In this document: piece by piece, positions 1 to 8,863 of the stretch
Layout: every line of letters starts with the position of its first letter
Position numbering within the stretch: the stretch's first letter is position 1
Assembly: GCA_964425625.1 (NCBI GenBank)
Contig: CAYRMI010000005.1
Location: 79-64,078, forward strand
Reading direction: 5' to 3'
Length of the DNA stretch: 64,000 nt
Source of the DNA: an uncultured Candidatus Saccharibacteria bacterium
GTDB taxonomy: Bacteria; Patescibacteriota; Minisyncoccia; Phycocordibacterales; UBA918
Notes under the pieces: model-generated
Database searches by the model: none
The model's input: the letters and a program-made list of their open reading frames with translations, nothing else
Told to the model about the DNA's origin: nothing
Position numbers and translations under genes: made by a program

Positions 1-1194
1 TGACCCCCACCGATGGAACTGCGACACGGTCCATACTCCTACGGGAGGCTGCAGTCGAGAATCTTCCGCAATGGGCGAAAGCCTGACGGAGCGACGCCGC
101 GTGGTGGATGAAGTCCTTAGGGACGTAAACACCTTTTATGAGGGAGGAAGTTTATTGACGTTACCTCATGAATAAGGGGCTCCCAACTCTGTGCCAGCAG
201 GAGCGGTAATACAGAGGCCCCAAGCATTATCCGGATTTACTGGGCGTAAAGGGTGCGTAGGCGGTTATATTAGTCAGGTGTTAAATCCTGGGGCTCAACC
301 CCAGAATCGCATTTGAAACGGTATAACTAGAATGAGTCAGAGGCAAGCAGAACTCACGGTGTAGGGGTGAAATCCGTTGATATCGTGGGGAATACCAAAT
401 GCGAAGGCAGCTTGCTGGGACTTTATTGACGCTGAGGCACGAAAGCGTGGGTAGCGAAGCGGATTAGATACCCGCGTAGTCCACGCCCTAAACGTTGTCT
501 GTTGGCTATAGGGAGTATCGACCCTCTCTGTGGCGAAGCTAACGCGTTAAACAGACCGCCTGGGTAGTACGATCGCAAGATTAAAACTCAAAGGAATAGA
601 CGGGGGCTCGCACAAGCGGTGGATCATGTGGCTTAATTCGTCGATAAGCGAAGAACCTTACCAAGGCTAGAAACCATACTGCACGCTCTGGGAAACCAGA
701 GAAGCCTTCGAGGGTGTATGGCAGGTGATGCATGGCCGTCGTCAGTTCGTGGCTTGAGCTGTTCCCTTAAGTGGGGAAACGAACGCAACCCTCGTTGCCT
801 GTTACAAGTGTCAGGCGAGACTGCTCCCTCACGGGAGAGGAAGGTGAGGATGACGCCAGGTCAGCATGTCCCTAGATGCCTTGGGCTGCACACGTGATAC
901 AATGGGTGGTACAACAGGACGCAATACCGTAAGGTGGAGCAAATCCTTATAAAACCATCCTCAGTTCGGATTGAGGGCTGCAACTCGCCCTCATGAAGCC
1001 GGAATTGCTAGTAATCGCGGATCAGCATTGCCGCGGTGAATACGTTCCCGAGCCTTGTACTCACCGCCCGTCAAGTCAGGGGAGTCGGGAGTACCCGAAG
1101 TCCCACCTAGTGTGGGCCGACGGTAAGCTCGATGACAAGGACTAAGTCGTAACAAGGCACGGCTAGCGGAAGCTGGTCGTGGATTAATTCCAAT
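1..1194 (+). rRNA. rrs: 16S rRNA gene, 5'-truncated by window edge; 3' end approximate
   Basis: Conserved motifs ACTCCTACGGGAGGCTGCAG, GGATTAGATACCC, AAACTCAAAGGAAT, AAGTCGTAACAAGG; divergent CPR-like sequence. Confidence 0.98.
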
Positions 1195-1402
1195 TGGACA
1201 CGTCACTCATGTGGAGGTAACTCTCATGATAGATGGCTAATTGGTCGATGTTATATGCCTCAATTGAGCATATAACGAGAAATAATACTCAATTCTCTGA
1301 AATGGTATTGGACTCCAGGGAAAGACCGGACCAAAGGATAAGACAAAAGAGAGAAAAAGCATTATCGCTTTAACTAAACTTTTGTAATTTGTGATTTTGA
1401 TG

Positions 1403-1439
1403 CAAAAGGCCGGAAACGCTTCGCGTTTCCGGCCTTTTG
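1403..1439. terminator. Bidirectional intrinsic terminator after 16S trailer / pilin gene
   Basis: 17-bp stem CAAAAGGCCGGAAACGC-TTC-GCGTTTCCGGCCTTTTG between convergent units. Confidence 0.8.
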
Positions 1440-1463
1440 TCGTTTGGCATTCCTTACTAAGAG

Positions 1464-1835
1464 CTAAGGGCAGGCTTTTGGATCTGATTTCATAATAAAA
1501 TCAGGACAAGGTTGAGTTTGGTCCTTTAAGCCAATAGAATCAACTAGTAGATTTATTATTCCCCAAAAAAGAATCAGAAAGGTAAAAGCGGCTACACTGT
1601 ACACCGCCAGGTCTTTAGCTTTATCGCGACCCTGTTCATTACTACCCTCGATGACGAAGTAGCGAATGACGTTTATGACAAACATCAAGAAGGCAATACC
1701 AAACAGAAAAGGGATGACAGTATCACTGATGACGATGATGGTATTTTTCATTAAGTTCTGGAGGCTTCCGGCTGCCAGCGCTGGGTAGGGTAAGAGGCAA
1801 AGTAGTAAAAGACTGGTCAAGTAAGTATTTTTCAT
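1464..1835 (-). CDS. TrbC/VirB2-like pilin (CPR type)
   Basis: Signal peptide ending ALA, two hydrophobic helices separated by GSNEQGRDKAK loop. Confidence 0.7.
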   Translation of the reverse strand: MKNTYLTSLLLLCLLPYPALAAGSLQNLMKNTIIVISDTVIPFLFGIAFLMFVINVIRYFVIEGSNEQGRDKAKDLAVYSVAAFTFLILFWGIINLLVDSIGLKDQTQPCPDFIMKSDPKACP

Positions 1836-1950
1836 AAAATTAAGTATAGCTTATTTTACTATTAGACAGTCATAAACCTCCACAGTTTGACTGTAGATGC
1901 TAAATATGCTCTAATATATGCCGATTAACAACGGCGAGGGCCTTGCGTTC

Positions 1951-2043
1951 ATGAAAAATTTGCAGTTTCGCTGGTGGTGGAAACCCTTGGTAGGGTTTCT
2001 CACTTTTCTGGTTTTTCTGTTACCGATGATTTTGGCTACCTAA
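1951..2043 (+). CDS. Putative 30-aa hydrophobic peptide (MKNLQFRWWWKPLVGFLTFLVFLLPMILAT)
   Basis: ATG..TAA read manually; basic N-terminus plus one TM helix; ends just before SD of next ORF. Confidence 0.45.
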   Translation: MKNLQFRWWWKPLVGFLTFLVFLLPMILAT

Positions 2044-2062
2044 ACAATAAGGAGGAAATGAG

Positions 2063-2269
2063 ATGAAAAATATTCCGGCCCTGATCGAGGCCTGGAACAC
2101 TGCCATCAAGCGGTCGCTTCAGAGCTCTTGGAGGGATGTCTGCTGGCATTGCCACCAGCCAACCCATCCGAAGCGCTGGCAAGTCGGCCTGTTACTGGCG
2201 ATCGTTGTGGTCTTTTTAATCTTGTTGTGGCGGGTGTTGGTGCACCCGCATCTCAACTGGCTTCCTTAG
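2063..2269 (+). CDS. Small membrane ORFan with CxxC
   Basis: AAGGAGG at 2049-2055, CWHC motif, C-terminal TM helix, downstream terminator. Confidence 0.6.
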   Translation: MKNIPALIEAWNTAIKRSLQSSWRDVCWHCHQPTHPKRWQVGLLLAIVVVFLILLWRVLVHPHLNWLP

Positions 2270-2275
2270 GCCACG

Positions 2276-2319
2276 AAGGCCGGTCAATAAGTTTTTGAAA
2301 ACTCATTGACCGGCCTTTT
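2276..2319 (+). terminator. Intrinsic terminator
   Basis: AAGGCCGGTCAAT...ATTGACCGGCCTTTT. Confidence 0.7.
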
Positions 2320-2413
2320 AATATGCGTAATTTAGCCCTTACAATTTTCAGACTTATTTGTTATAGTAGCGGACACGAAACGAAGAGGATAGATGAGGTG
2401 TAAAACCCTCAGT

Positions 2414-2487
2414 GCGCGCTTAGCTCAGATGGCTAGAGCATTCGACTGATACTCGAAAGGTCCTAGGTTCGACCCCTAGAGCGCGCA
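2414..2487 (+). tRNA. tRNA-Ile(GAT), CCA not encoded
   Basis: Cloverleaf: acceptor GCGCGCT/AGCGCGC, D arm GCTC/GAGC, anticodon arm TTCGA-CTGATAC-TCGAA, T loop GGTTCGAC. Confidence 0.93.
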
Positions 2488-2983
2488 CTGAGGGTTTTAC
2501 TGTGCGCGCGAGCGATAAATCTTGCCTTGAGGCAAGATTTATCCGGTCGTGTAGCGAATCGCCGTTATTAAGCTGGCGAGACAGGCGATAGGGAGTTGGC
2601 TAGAGCATTCATGATGTACAGCCCGCATATATTATTTTCTCCCTGTGAGGTCGAAACTAATATTGCGTCTGTATAAGTTCGCAATAGTCGACACTGCGTG
2701 TCTCATTTGCTCACTTAACTCGAAAGGCTGAAACAGTTTGGGAAACTGTTTCAGGACCTTTTGAGCATTTCTGGAGTTTACGAACAGAAAGACCAAAAGG
2801 TGTACTGCTCCTGTAAGGAGATAGGTTGACCCAGAATTCAAGGAGGCAAGTAGCCGACTATGAATTTGGAAATACTCTTGTGGTGCGAACCCCTAGAGCG
2901 CACCACAAGGGCATTTCATTTTTATAGTCGTTCTTCTCCTTAAAAATTGGTCACGCACTGAGGGTTTTACTGTGCGCGCGAGC
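2484..2983 (+). repeat. 30-bp perfect direct repeat (2484-2513 and 2954-2983) starting at tRNA 3' end
   Basis: CGCACTGAGGGTTTTACTGTGCGCGCGAGC occurs twice. Confidence 0.9.
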
Positions 2984-3073
2984 TGAAAATCGCGCAAGCG
3001 ATTTTTCTGATTCCGATCGAAGGGAGGAAAATTCCGTTGTGAACTTGTGAACAGGATGGGGGTATGGTTAGAA

Positions 3074-3111
3074 GTAAACAATCACCGGCCTTAGGGCCGG
3101 TGATTGTTTAC
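3074..3111. terminator. Long hairpin / terminator
   Basis: GTAAACAATCACCGGCC-TTAG-GGCCGGTGATTGTTTAC. Confidence 0.7.
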
Positions 3112-3127
3112 TGTGATGAGAAATAAA

Positions 3128-3331
3128 TTATTGAATTGGAAGCGGATTAACTCCGACTACATCCTCGACCGCCTTTAGTCTTTGTTCAAAACTAATAGAA
3201 CTTTGCTCCATTTGCATTACGGTAGTTTTTAACTCCAGAGCAAGCATACCCACAAAACCGGCAAAACTCAGACATAATGTCCAAGCAATCGGTTGAAAGT
3301 ATTTATATTGCTCTAATTTTTTTGGTTGCAT
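3128..3331 (-). CDS. Small single-TM hypothetical protein
   Basis: ORF with TM helix and coiled-coil-like tail; TGnTATACT 7 nt before ATG. Confidence 0.65.
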   Translation of the reverse strand: MQPKKLEQYKYFQPIAWTLCLSFAGFVGMLALELKTTVMQMEQSSISFEQRLKAVEDVVGVNPLPIQ

Positions 3332-3389
3332 ATCTAGAAGTATAACAAATTACAAATTATGCAACAGGCTTTTCCACCACCTTGAAGAT

Positions 3390-3965
3390 TTACGTTAGTA
3401 GGTATTTGAAGATGTTATCGACGCCTAAAGCAGCGAAAGTTTGATAGAAAATAGTTCCTAGTAGTAAGGGGACAATAATGCTACGAAATTGGATGCCAAT
3501 AATACCAAGCGGAATGAGGAAAACCTCGTCTGGTAACGGCATGAGAGCAGTGAAGCCAAAAATTAAATAAGGGGCGTATTTCTTTTGATTGTGGTAAAGA
3601 GTGAGGAGTTTCTCTTGTATCTTTGGGTAGTGTGTCTTGGTAATTCCGCTACCATATCGACCGATGCCATAGGAAAGCAAATTAGCTAGCATTGTACCCG
3701 TGACTAGTAGGGTTATGATGGTAAACAGATTCATACCACCGGCAGTAAAGACTGGAACAAAGGTGGCTGCTGGTACTGGAATGAAGAGGTTTAGTCCAGC
3801 AATGAAACTAATGATAAGCACACCGAGATAGCCAAATTCTTGAATGAGTTTTTGGGAGTAGGTGTCATTAGTCACAAATTGAGTCAACCAAAAAGCTAGA
3901 GCAACCACGACAAGAATCAGGATAACAAAAAATGACAGACGAATGGCTTTTGTTTTTCTTGACAT
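3390..3965 (-). CDS. DedA/VTT (SNARE-associated) family membrane protein
   Basis: IPVP, YGIGRYG and PLPDE motifs; multiple TM helices. Confidence 0.75.
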   Translation of the reverse strand: MSRKTKAIRLSFFVILILVVVALAFWLTQFVTNDTYSQKLIQEFGYLGVLIISFIAGLNLFIPVPAATFVPVFTAGGMNLFTIITLLVTGTMLANLLSYGIGRYGSGITKTHYPKIQEKLLTLYHNQKKYAPYLIFGFTALMPLPDEVFLIPLGIIGIQFRSIIVPLLLGTIFYQTFAALGVDNIFKYLLT

Positions 3966-4036
3966 AGGTTGATTGTGATTGTATCACAAAATTGTAATTA
4001 GGTGGCAAATTACTTAATTTTGCGTATGATAGAAGA

Positions 4037-5422
4037 ATGAAAAAAGTAGACTATTTTCAGGGTAAGAAGGTTACCCTCATGCGGGTAGGACTAATCGGAA
4101 GAGGAATTGGTGACGCAGCTTATATCGCAGAAGCTGGTGGGCAGGTGTTGGTAGTTGATGATGCACCACAAAGTGTGATGCAACCGGCCGTGGATGCTTT
4201 GGCCGAATATCCAAACATCACTTTCAAATTTGGTTCGTACGACTTTGTTGACTTCAAAGAGGCAGACTTGGTGGTAGTAGGAGCAGGCGCTCCTCTTGAG
4301 GAACCGGTCCTCCTTAAGTGTAAAGAGGAGGGAGTGCGACTGGTCCAAAGCGCGGCTCTTTTTGCTGAGCTTTCTCGTGTACCTATCATCGGGGTTACTG
4401 GCACGCGTGGTAAGAGCACCGTGACTCATATGATTCACCATGTCCTATCGTTTGCGACGGGGGAGGAAGTACTACTGGGCGGGAATGTGCGTGGAGTTTC
4501 CAATCTCCAACTACTCAATCATGCCCACGAAGATTCTCTCTGTGTCATGGAGCTAGATAGCTGGCAGTTGCAAGGTTTCGGCTGGGCAGGCATCTCGCCC
4601 CAAATTGCAGTTTTTACCAACTTCATGGATGATCATTTAAATTACTATCAGCGCGGAGGTAAGAGTTATGAAGAGGCGATGGATTTATATTTTCAGGACA
4701 AGGCACAGATCTTTCTCAATCAAGATGATAGTGGAGTTTTTATTACCACCCCCGCGGTGTTTGAACGAGCTAAAAAATTGGCTGGCTCACTCGGGCAAGA
4801 AGTGATTTTGGCGGATGCCTCGGTAATTCCCGACGATTGTCTTTTGTCGATGCCGGGCGAACATAACCGCCTCAACGCTGCTTTGGCCTACGAGGCGCTT
4901 AAGGCCACTGGCCTAAGTGATGAAGAGATTTTTGATGGACTGGCTTCGTTCCCGGGTGTGCCCGGACGGTTGCAGTTAGCGGGGGAGAAAGATGGGGTAC
5001 GAATTTATAATGATAACAACGCTACCACCCCGACGGCTACCGCAACCGGTATCAAAGCGGTCGACAATCCGCCAACTAGCGAGAAAAATGTGATTCTGCT
5101 CATGGGTGGGGCGGACAAGGGACTAGATCTTACAGTACTTCTCCAAGCCATAGCTGAGTCAGTTAAAGCGGTGGTGCTATTACCTGGGACTGGGACAGAT
5201 AGATTTAAAGAAGCCTACGCTGCGAATAGTACGGTTAACCGTACTACAATTACAGAGTGCGCCTCGCTCGAGGAAGGAGTAAAGACCGCGCTCGCCTTAG
5301 GCGAGCGCGGTGACGTCCTCCTGTTCTCTCCCGCCTTTGCTTCCTTTGGTATGTTCAAAAACGAGTACGAACGCAACGATGAGTTTATGAGGGTAATTGA
5401 TACCTATGAAGACGGAGAATGA
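4037..5422 (+). CDS. murD: UDP-N-acetylmuramoyl-L-alanine--D-glutamate ligase
   Basis: GVTGTRGKST, ELDSWQL, DHLNY, LFSPAFASFGMFKN motifs. Confidence 0.93.
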   Translation: MKKVDYFQGKKVTLMRVGLIGRGIGDAAYIAEAGGQVLVVDDAPQSVMQPAVDALAEYPNITFKFGSYDFVDFKEADLVVVGAGAPLEEPVLLKCKEEGVRLVQSAALFAELSRVPIIGVTGTRGKSTVTHMIHHVLSFATGEEVLLGGNVRGVSNLQLLNHAHEDSLCVMELDSWQLQGFGWAGISPQIAVFTNFMDDHLNYYQRGGKSYEEAMDLYFQDKAQIFLNQDDSGVFITTPAVFERAKKLAGSLGQEVILADASVIPDDCLLSMPGEHNRLNAALAYEALKATGLSDEEIFDGLASFPGVPGRLQLAGEKDGVRIYNDNNATTPTATATGIKAVDNPPTSEKNVILLMGGADKGLDLTVLLQAIAESVKAVVLLPGTGTDRFKEAYAANSTVNRTTITECASLEEGVKTALALGERGDVLLFSPAFASFGMFKNEYERNDEFMRVIDTYEDGE

Positions 5423-5423
5423 A

Positions 5424-5454
5424 ATTCTGAGTAAGGTTCGACCTTACTCAGAAT
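5424..5454. repeat. REP-like palindrome copy 1
   Basis: ATTCTGAGTAAGGT-TCG-ACCTTACTCAGAAT. Confidence 0.9.
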
Positions 5455-5467
5455 GCAAGGAGAAAGA

Positions 5468-5492
5468 TTGAGTAAGGTCGAACCTTACTCAA
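5468..5492. repeat. REP-like palindrome copy 2 (inverted relative to copy 1)
   Basis: TTGAGTAAGGT-CGA-ACCTTACTCAA. Confidence 0.9.
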
Positions 5493-5520
5493 AAATAGTT
5501 TTGGTTATATAATATTAAGA

Positions 5521-6180
5521 ATGAGTATTCGCATTCATTCCATACCTGATGAGTATTACCATATCTATAATCGCGGGGTTGATAAGAGAGTTATCTTTAA
5601 TGATGTGCATGATTACCAGCGTTTTCTCTTACTTTTGTTATTGTCTAATGATGTGTCTCCTACCAATATTAGTCAATCAATACGTGATTATTCAATACCA
5701 GAGTTAATTTTAAAACCACGGACTCCAATCGTTAAAATATCTTCTTTTTCACTACTTCCCAATCATTATCATCTGCTCGTCTCTCCAGTAATCGATAGAG
5801 GGGTGAGTTTGTTTATGCAAAAAGTTGCCACCGGCTATACGATGTACTTTAACATTAAGGAGGAACGTACAGGTTCTTTGTTTCAGGGGAAATACAAAAT
5901 AAAACATGTGACTGATGACAGGTATCTTAAATACTTATTTGAATATATACACCTTAACCCAATAAGGGAAGAATTTGATACAATACAACCAAGTCAAGTA
6001 AAAACTTTAGTTAGTAAGGCGGAAAGTAATCCTTGGACTAGTTTGTCGGTCTATAGTGGTAGTGAGTCGGGGAGGTTATCTGACGCTGTAATTAATAAGA
6101 CGTTATTTGAAGAATTATTTATTTCCTACCAAAAACACCTACATTCACTTTATGACTGGAAAGCGGATGATTTTGAGTAA
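5521..6180 (+). mobile_element. REP-associated tyrosine transposase (RAYT / Y1_Tnp HUH family)
   Basis: YHIYNRG, PNHYHLL (HUH), GSLFQGKY, YIHLNP catalytic Tyr motif; flanked by palindromes. Confidence 0.88.
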
Positions 6181-6199
6181 GGTCGAACCTTACTCAAAA
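6171..6199. repeat. REP-like palindrome copy 3, contains the RAYT stop codon
   Basis: TTTTGAGTAAGGT-CGA-ACCTTACTCAAAA. Confidence 0.9.
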
Positions 6200-6232
6200 G
6201 ATGGTATATGAAGTACCTTATAAAAAAATGAT

Positions 6233-7531
6233 ATGAAACTCAGCGATATTAAAAAAATACATTTCATCGGCATTGGGGGGATTGGGATGTCGGCTTTGGC
6301 GCGGTTTTTTTTGCGAGAAAAAAAGACGGTCAGTGGTTCAGATAGAGCTAGCTCACAGATAACCGACGCACTAGAGAAAGAGGGGGTGCAGTTTTTCCCC
6401 GCCCAAGTGAAAGAGAATATCGTCGAAGATATCGATATGGTGGTTTATACCGAAGCGATGGCACATGATCAAGAAGAGATGGTAGCTGCCAAAGCGCTGG
6501 GTGTGCCGATGATGAATTACTTTGAGGCGTTAGGACTGGTGGCCAACGAATACTATTTAATCGCCGTCTCGGGTACCCACGGCAAGACCACTACCACCGC
6601 CATGCTGACGGATGTTTTGGAAGAGGCTGGTCTAGACCCGACGGCTATAATTGGCTCACTGCGCTCCAAGACTGGCAGTAACTTTCGCGGGGGCAAGAGC
6701 AAGTACGCGGTGGTGGAAGCCTGTGAGTACAAGCGAGATTTTTTGCACTTGAGACCAAACGTCTTGGTTATAAATAACCTCGAATTTGAACATGTAGATT
6801 ATTATAAAGACTTGGCGGATGTTCAGGATGCCTTTCATACGATAGCCATGAGTGTGCCAGAAGACGGCTTTATAGTGACTGATTCTAGTAACCCCGCCAT
6901 TGCTCCGGCGCTAGAGGGAGTGGCGGCTAAGGTAATAGACTATCGGAAATTTATTGATCCCACACTCGCTCTACATCTACCCGGTTTTCATAACCGCTTA
7001 AATGCCGCAGCTGCTATGGCGGTAGCTAGTTGCTTGGGGCTAGATACCACAGAGACCAAACAGACGTTAGAAAATTTTGCCGGGACGTGGCGTCGCTTTG
7101 AATACAAAGGGACGTTTGTGAATGAGGGTGGGCGAATCCCGGTTTATGACGATTATGGCCATCATCCCACCGAAATCAAGGCCACTCTAGCCGGAGTAAG
7201 GGAACTTTATCCAAATAGTACTGTGACAGTAGTTTTTCAGTCGCACACCTATACTAGGACACAAGAATTATTTGCTGACTTTGTGACTGCTCTAGCCAAA
7301 GCCGATCAGGTATTTCTTCTACCAATCTACGCTGCGCGCGAGGAAAATCTTTCTGGCGTTAGTAGTGAACAATTAGCCGAAGCCATCCTTAAGACCGGCA
7401 TACCAGCCAAAGTTTTCTTAACTAAAGAAGCAGTCACACTAGCAGTAAAAGAAAATACCACGGCCGGTGGGGTAGTTATCGTGATGGGGGCGGGAGATGT
7501 CACAGAGGTGGCGACCCAGCTTATCTCCTAA
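6233..7531 (+). CDS. murC: UDP-N-acetylmuramate--L-alanine ligase
   Basis: HFIGIGGIGMS, GTHGKTTT, DDYGHHPTEI, MGAGD motifs. Confidence 0.95.
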   Translation: MKLSDIKKIHFIGIGGIGMSALARFFLREKKTVSGSDRASSQITDALEKEGVQFFPAQVKENIVEDIDMVVYTEAMAHDQEEMVAAKALGVPMMNYFEALGLVANEYYLIAVSGTHGKTTTTAMLTDVLEEAGLDPTAIIGSLRSKTGSNFRGGKSKYAVVEACEYKRDFLHLRPNVLVINNLEFEHVDYYKDLADVQDAFHTIAMSVPEDGFIVTDSSNPAIAPALEGVAAKVIDYRKFIDPTLALHLPGFHNRLNAAAAMAVASCLGLDTTETKQTLENFAGTWRRFEYKGTFVNEGGRIPVYDDYGHHPTEIKATLAGVRELYPNSTVTVVFQSHTYTRTQELFADFVTALAKADQVFLLPIYAAREENLSGVSSEQLAEAILKTGIPAKVFLTKEAVTLAVKENTTAGGVVIVMGAGDVTEVATQLIS

Positions 7532-7536
7532 TCTGT

Positions 7537-8076
7537 ATGTATGACATCTTAGTTTTGGCCCAAGGAATGTATGACAAAGATCAGGTTCTTTCTCTGTCAT
7601 CTCGGGTGAGGACTATGGCGGCTATTAAGTGGATTCGTGATAATCATATGGCCGATAAATCAGTTATTTATTTTTCGGCTAATAACCCACCAAATTATTC
7701 ACCATCGGAGCCGACTTTGGCTGAGGTGATGAGAGATTTTGTGAAAGATATATATGAAGGAGAAGTAGTAGCTTTGACTGAGCCCTGTAACTTCACGACC
7801 AAAGGGGAGGTCAGTAAGTTTTTAAAAGTCTCAATCAATCGCCCAGTTGTTGTTAGTGGGCGATACCATCTCCCGCGGTTATTTTTTTATTTATGGGAAG
7901 CGCGCGGTCTTACCTACGCTAGGCAGGCGATTTATGTCACAGCCACTAGGGACAGGGTAAGTCTAAAACAATGGTTTACGGAGATAGTAAAAATTCTAGT
8001 TATTTTGCTCCCCGAATCACTTCAGTCAAAACTAGAGTATTGGTACGCCAAGAGAACACATAAATTGGTGAGTTAG
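7537..8076 (+). CDS. Divergent DUF218 (YdcF/ElyC-like) protein
   Basis: ILVLAQG...R, AEVMRDF, TTKGE, VVVSGRYHLPR pattern. Confidence 0.6.
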   Translation: MYDILVLAQGMYDKDQVLSLSSRVRTMAAIKWIRDNHMADKSVIYFSANNPPNYSPSEPTLAEVMRDFVKDIYEGEVVALTEPCNFTTKGEVSKFLKVSINRPVVVSGRYHLPRLFFYLWEARGLTYARQAIYVTATRDRVSLKQWFTEIVKILVILLPESLQSKLEYWYAKRTHKLVS

Positions 8077-8111
8077 TTCTTTTTTGTTAATGTGGTAGTC
8101 TAATTTTAAAT

Positions 8112-8855
8112 ATGGCCAGTGAAAAAACTAAACAAGAAGAACCGGGGAGACTTTCAGTCGTCGCTACGCCCATTGGTAATTTGGAGGATATTACTCTGCG
8201 CGCTTTACGTGTTTTCAAAGAGGTAGACTACATCCTTTGTGAAGACACTCGAGTGACGGGCAAGTTGTTGGCCCATTACGAAATCAAAGCTAAGCTCAAG
8301 CGCTACGATGCTCACGCGAACGAAGGGGTTCATGAAGCGATTTTGGCTGACTTAGAAGCTGGCCAGCACATTGCTCTGGTGTCTGATGCGGGTACACCCT
8401 GTGTGTCTGACCCGGGCGTGTTTTTGGTGGCCAAGGTACGCCAGGAACTTCCTGAAGTACGGGTTGATGCCATCCCGGGCGCCTCGGCTCTGACAGCTAC
8501 TTTTTCAATTGCTGGAGTAGCGGGCAATGAGTTTATTTTCCTCGGCTTTGTCCCGCAAAAGAAAGGTCGGGAAACATTCTTTAAGTCATTGGCCGACTAC
8601 GAAATCCCGGTCATATTTTATGAATCCCCACACCGGATTATGAAGACTTTAACCTCTATCCATACTCATCTCACGCCAAGACCGAACATGAGTGAGGTCG
8701 AGCAAAACCTTCCAATCGATTGGAAGGTTACAGTGGCGCGCGAGATTACCAAAATGCACGAGGAAGTAGTGCAGGGGACGCCTGAGGAAGTCCTGCAGTA
8801 CTTCACCGACCACCCCGACCATGTCCGCGGAGAGTTTGTGGTTGTGATAAAATAA
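8112..8855 (+). CDS. rsmI: 16S rRNA (cytidine1402-2'-O)-methyltransferase
   Basis: VATPIGNLEDIT, CEDTR, SDAGTP, YESPHR, REITKMHEE, RGEFVVV. Confidence 0.95.
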   Translation: MASEKTKQEEPGRLSVVATPIGNLEDITLRALRVFKEVDYILCEDTRVTGKLLAHYEIKAKLKRYDAHANEGVHEAILADLEAGQHIALVSDAGTPCVSDPGVFLVAKVRQELPEVRVDAIPGASALTATFSIAGVAGNEFIFLGFVPQKKGRETFFKSLADYEIPVIFYESPHRIMKTLTSIHTHLTPRPNMSEVEQNLPIDWKVTVAREITKMHEEVVQGTPEEVLQYFTDHPDHVRGEFVVVIK

Positions 8856-8863
8856 GTGCATAT

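Noticed and set aside
991-1206. 71-aa minus-strand ORF
   Set aside because: Antisense shadow of the 16S rRNA gene.
3020-3040. GGAGGAAAATTCCG resembling RNase P P4 (GAGGAAAGTCC)
   Set aside because: Mismatched, and no matching 3' P4 strand seen.
2632-3081. Two short minus-strand ORFs in the tRNA trailer region
   Set aside because: No recognisable motifs; they run through repeats and hairpins with weak TTG starts.
5424-6199. Palindromic repeats as a CRISPR array
   Set aside because: Only three copies, irregular spacing, mixed orientation, no cas genes.
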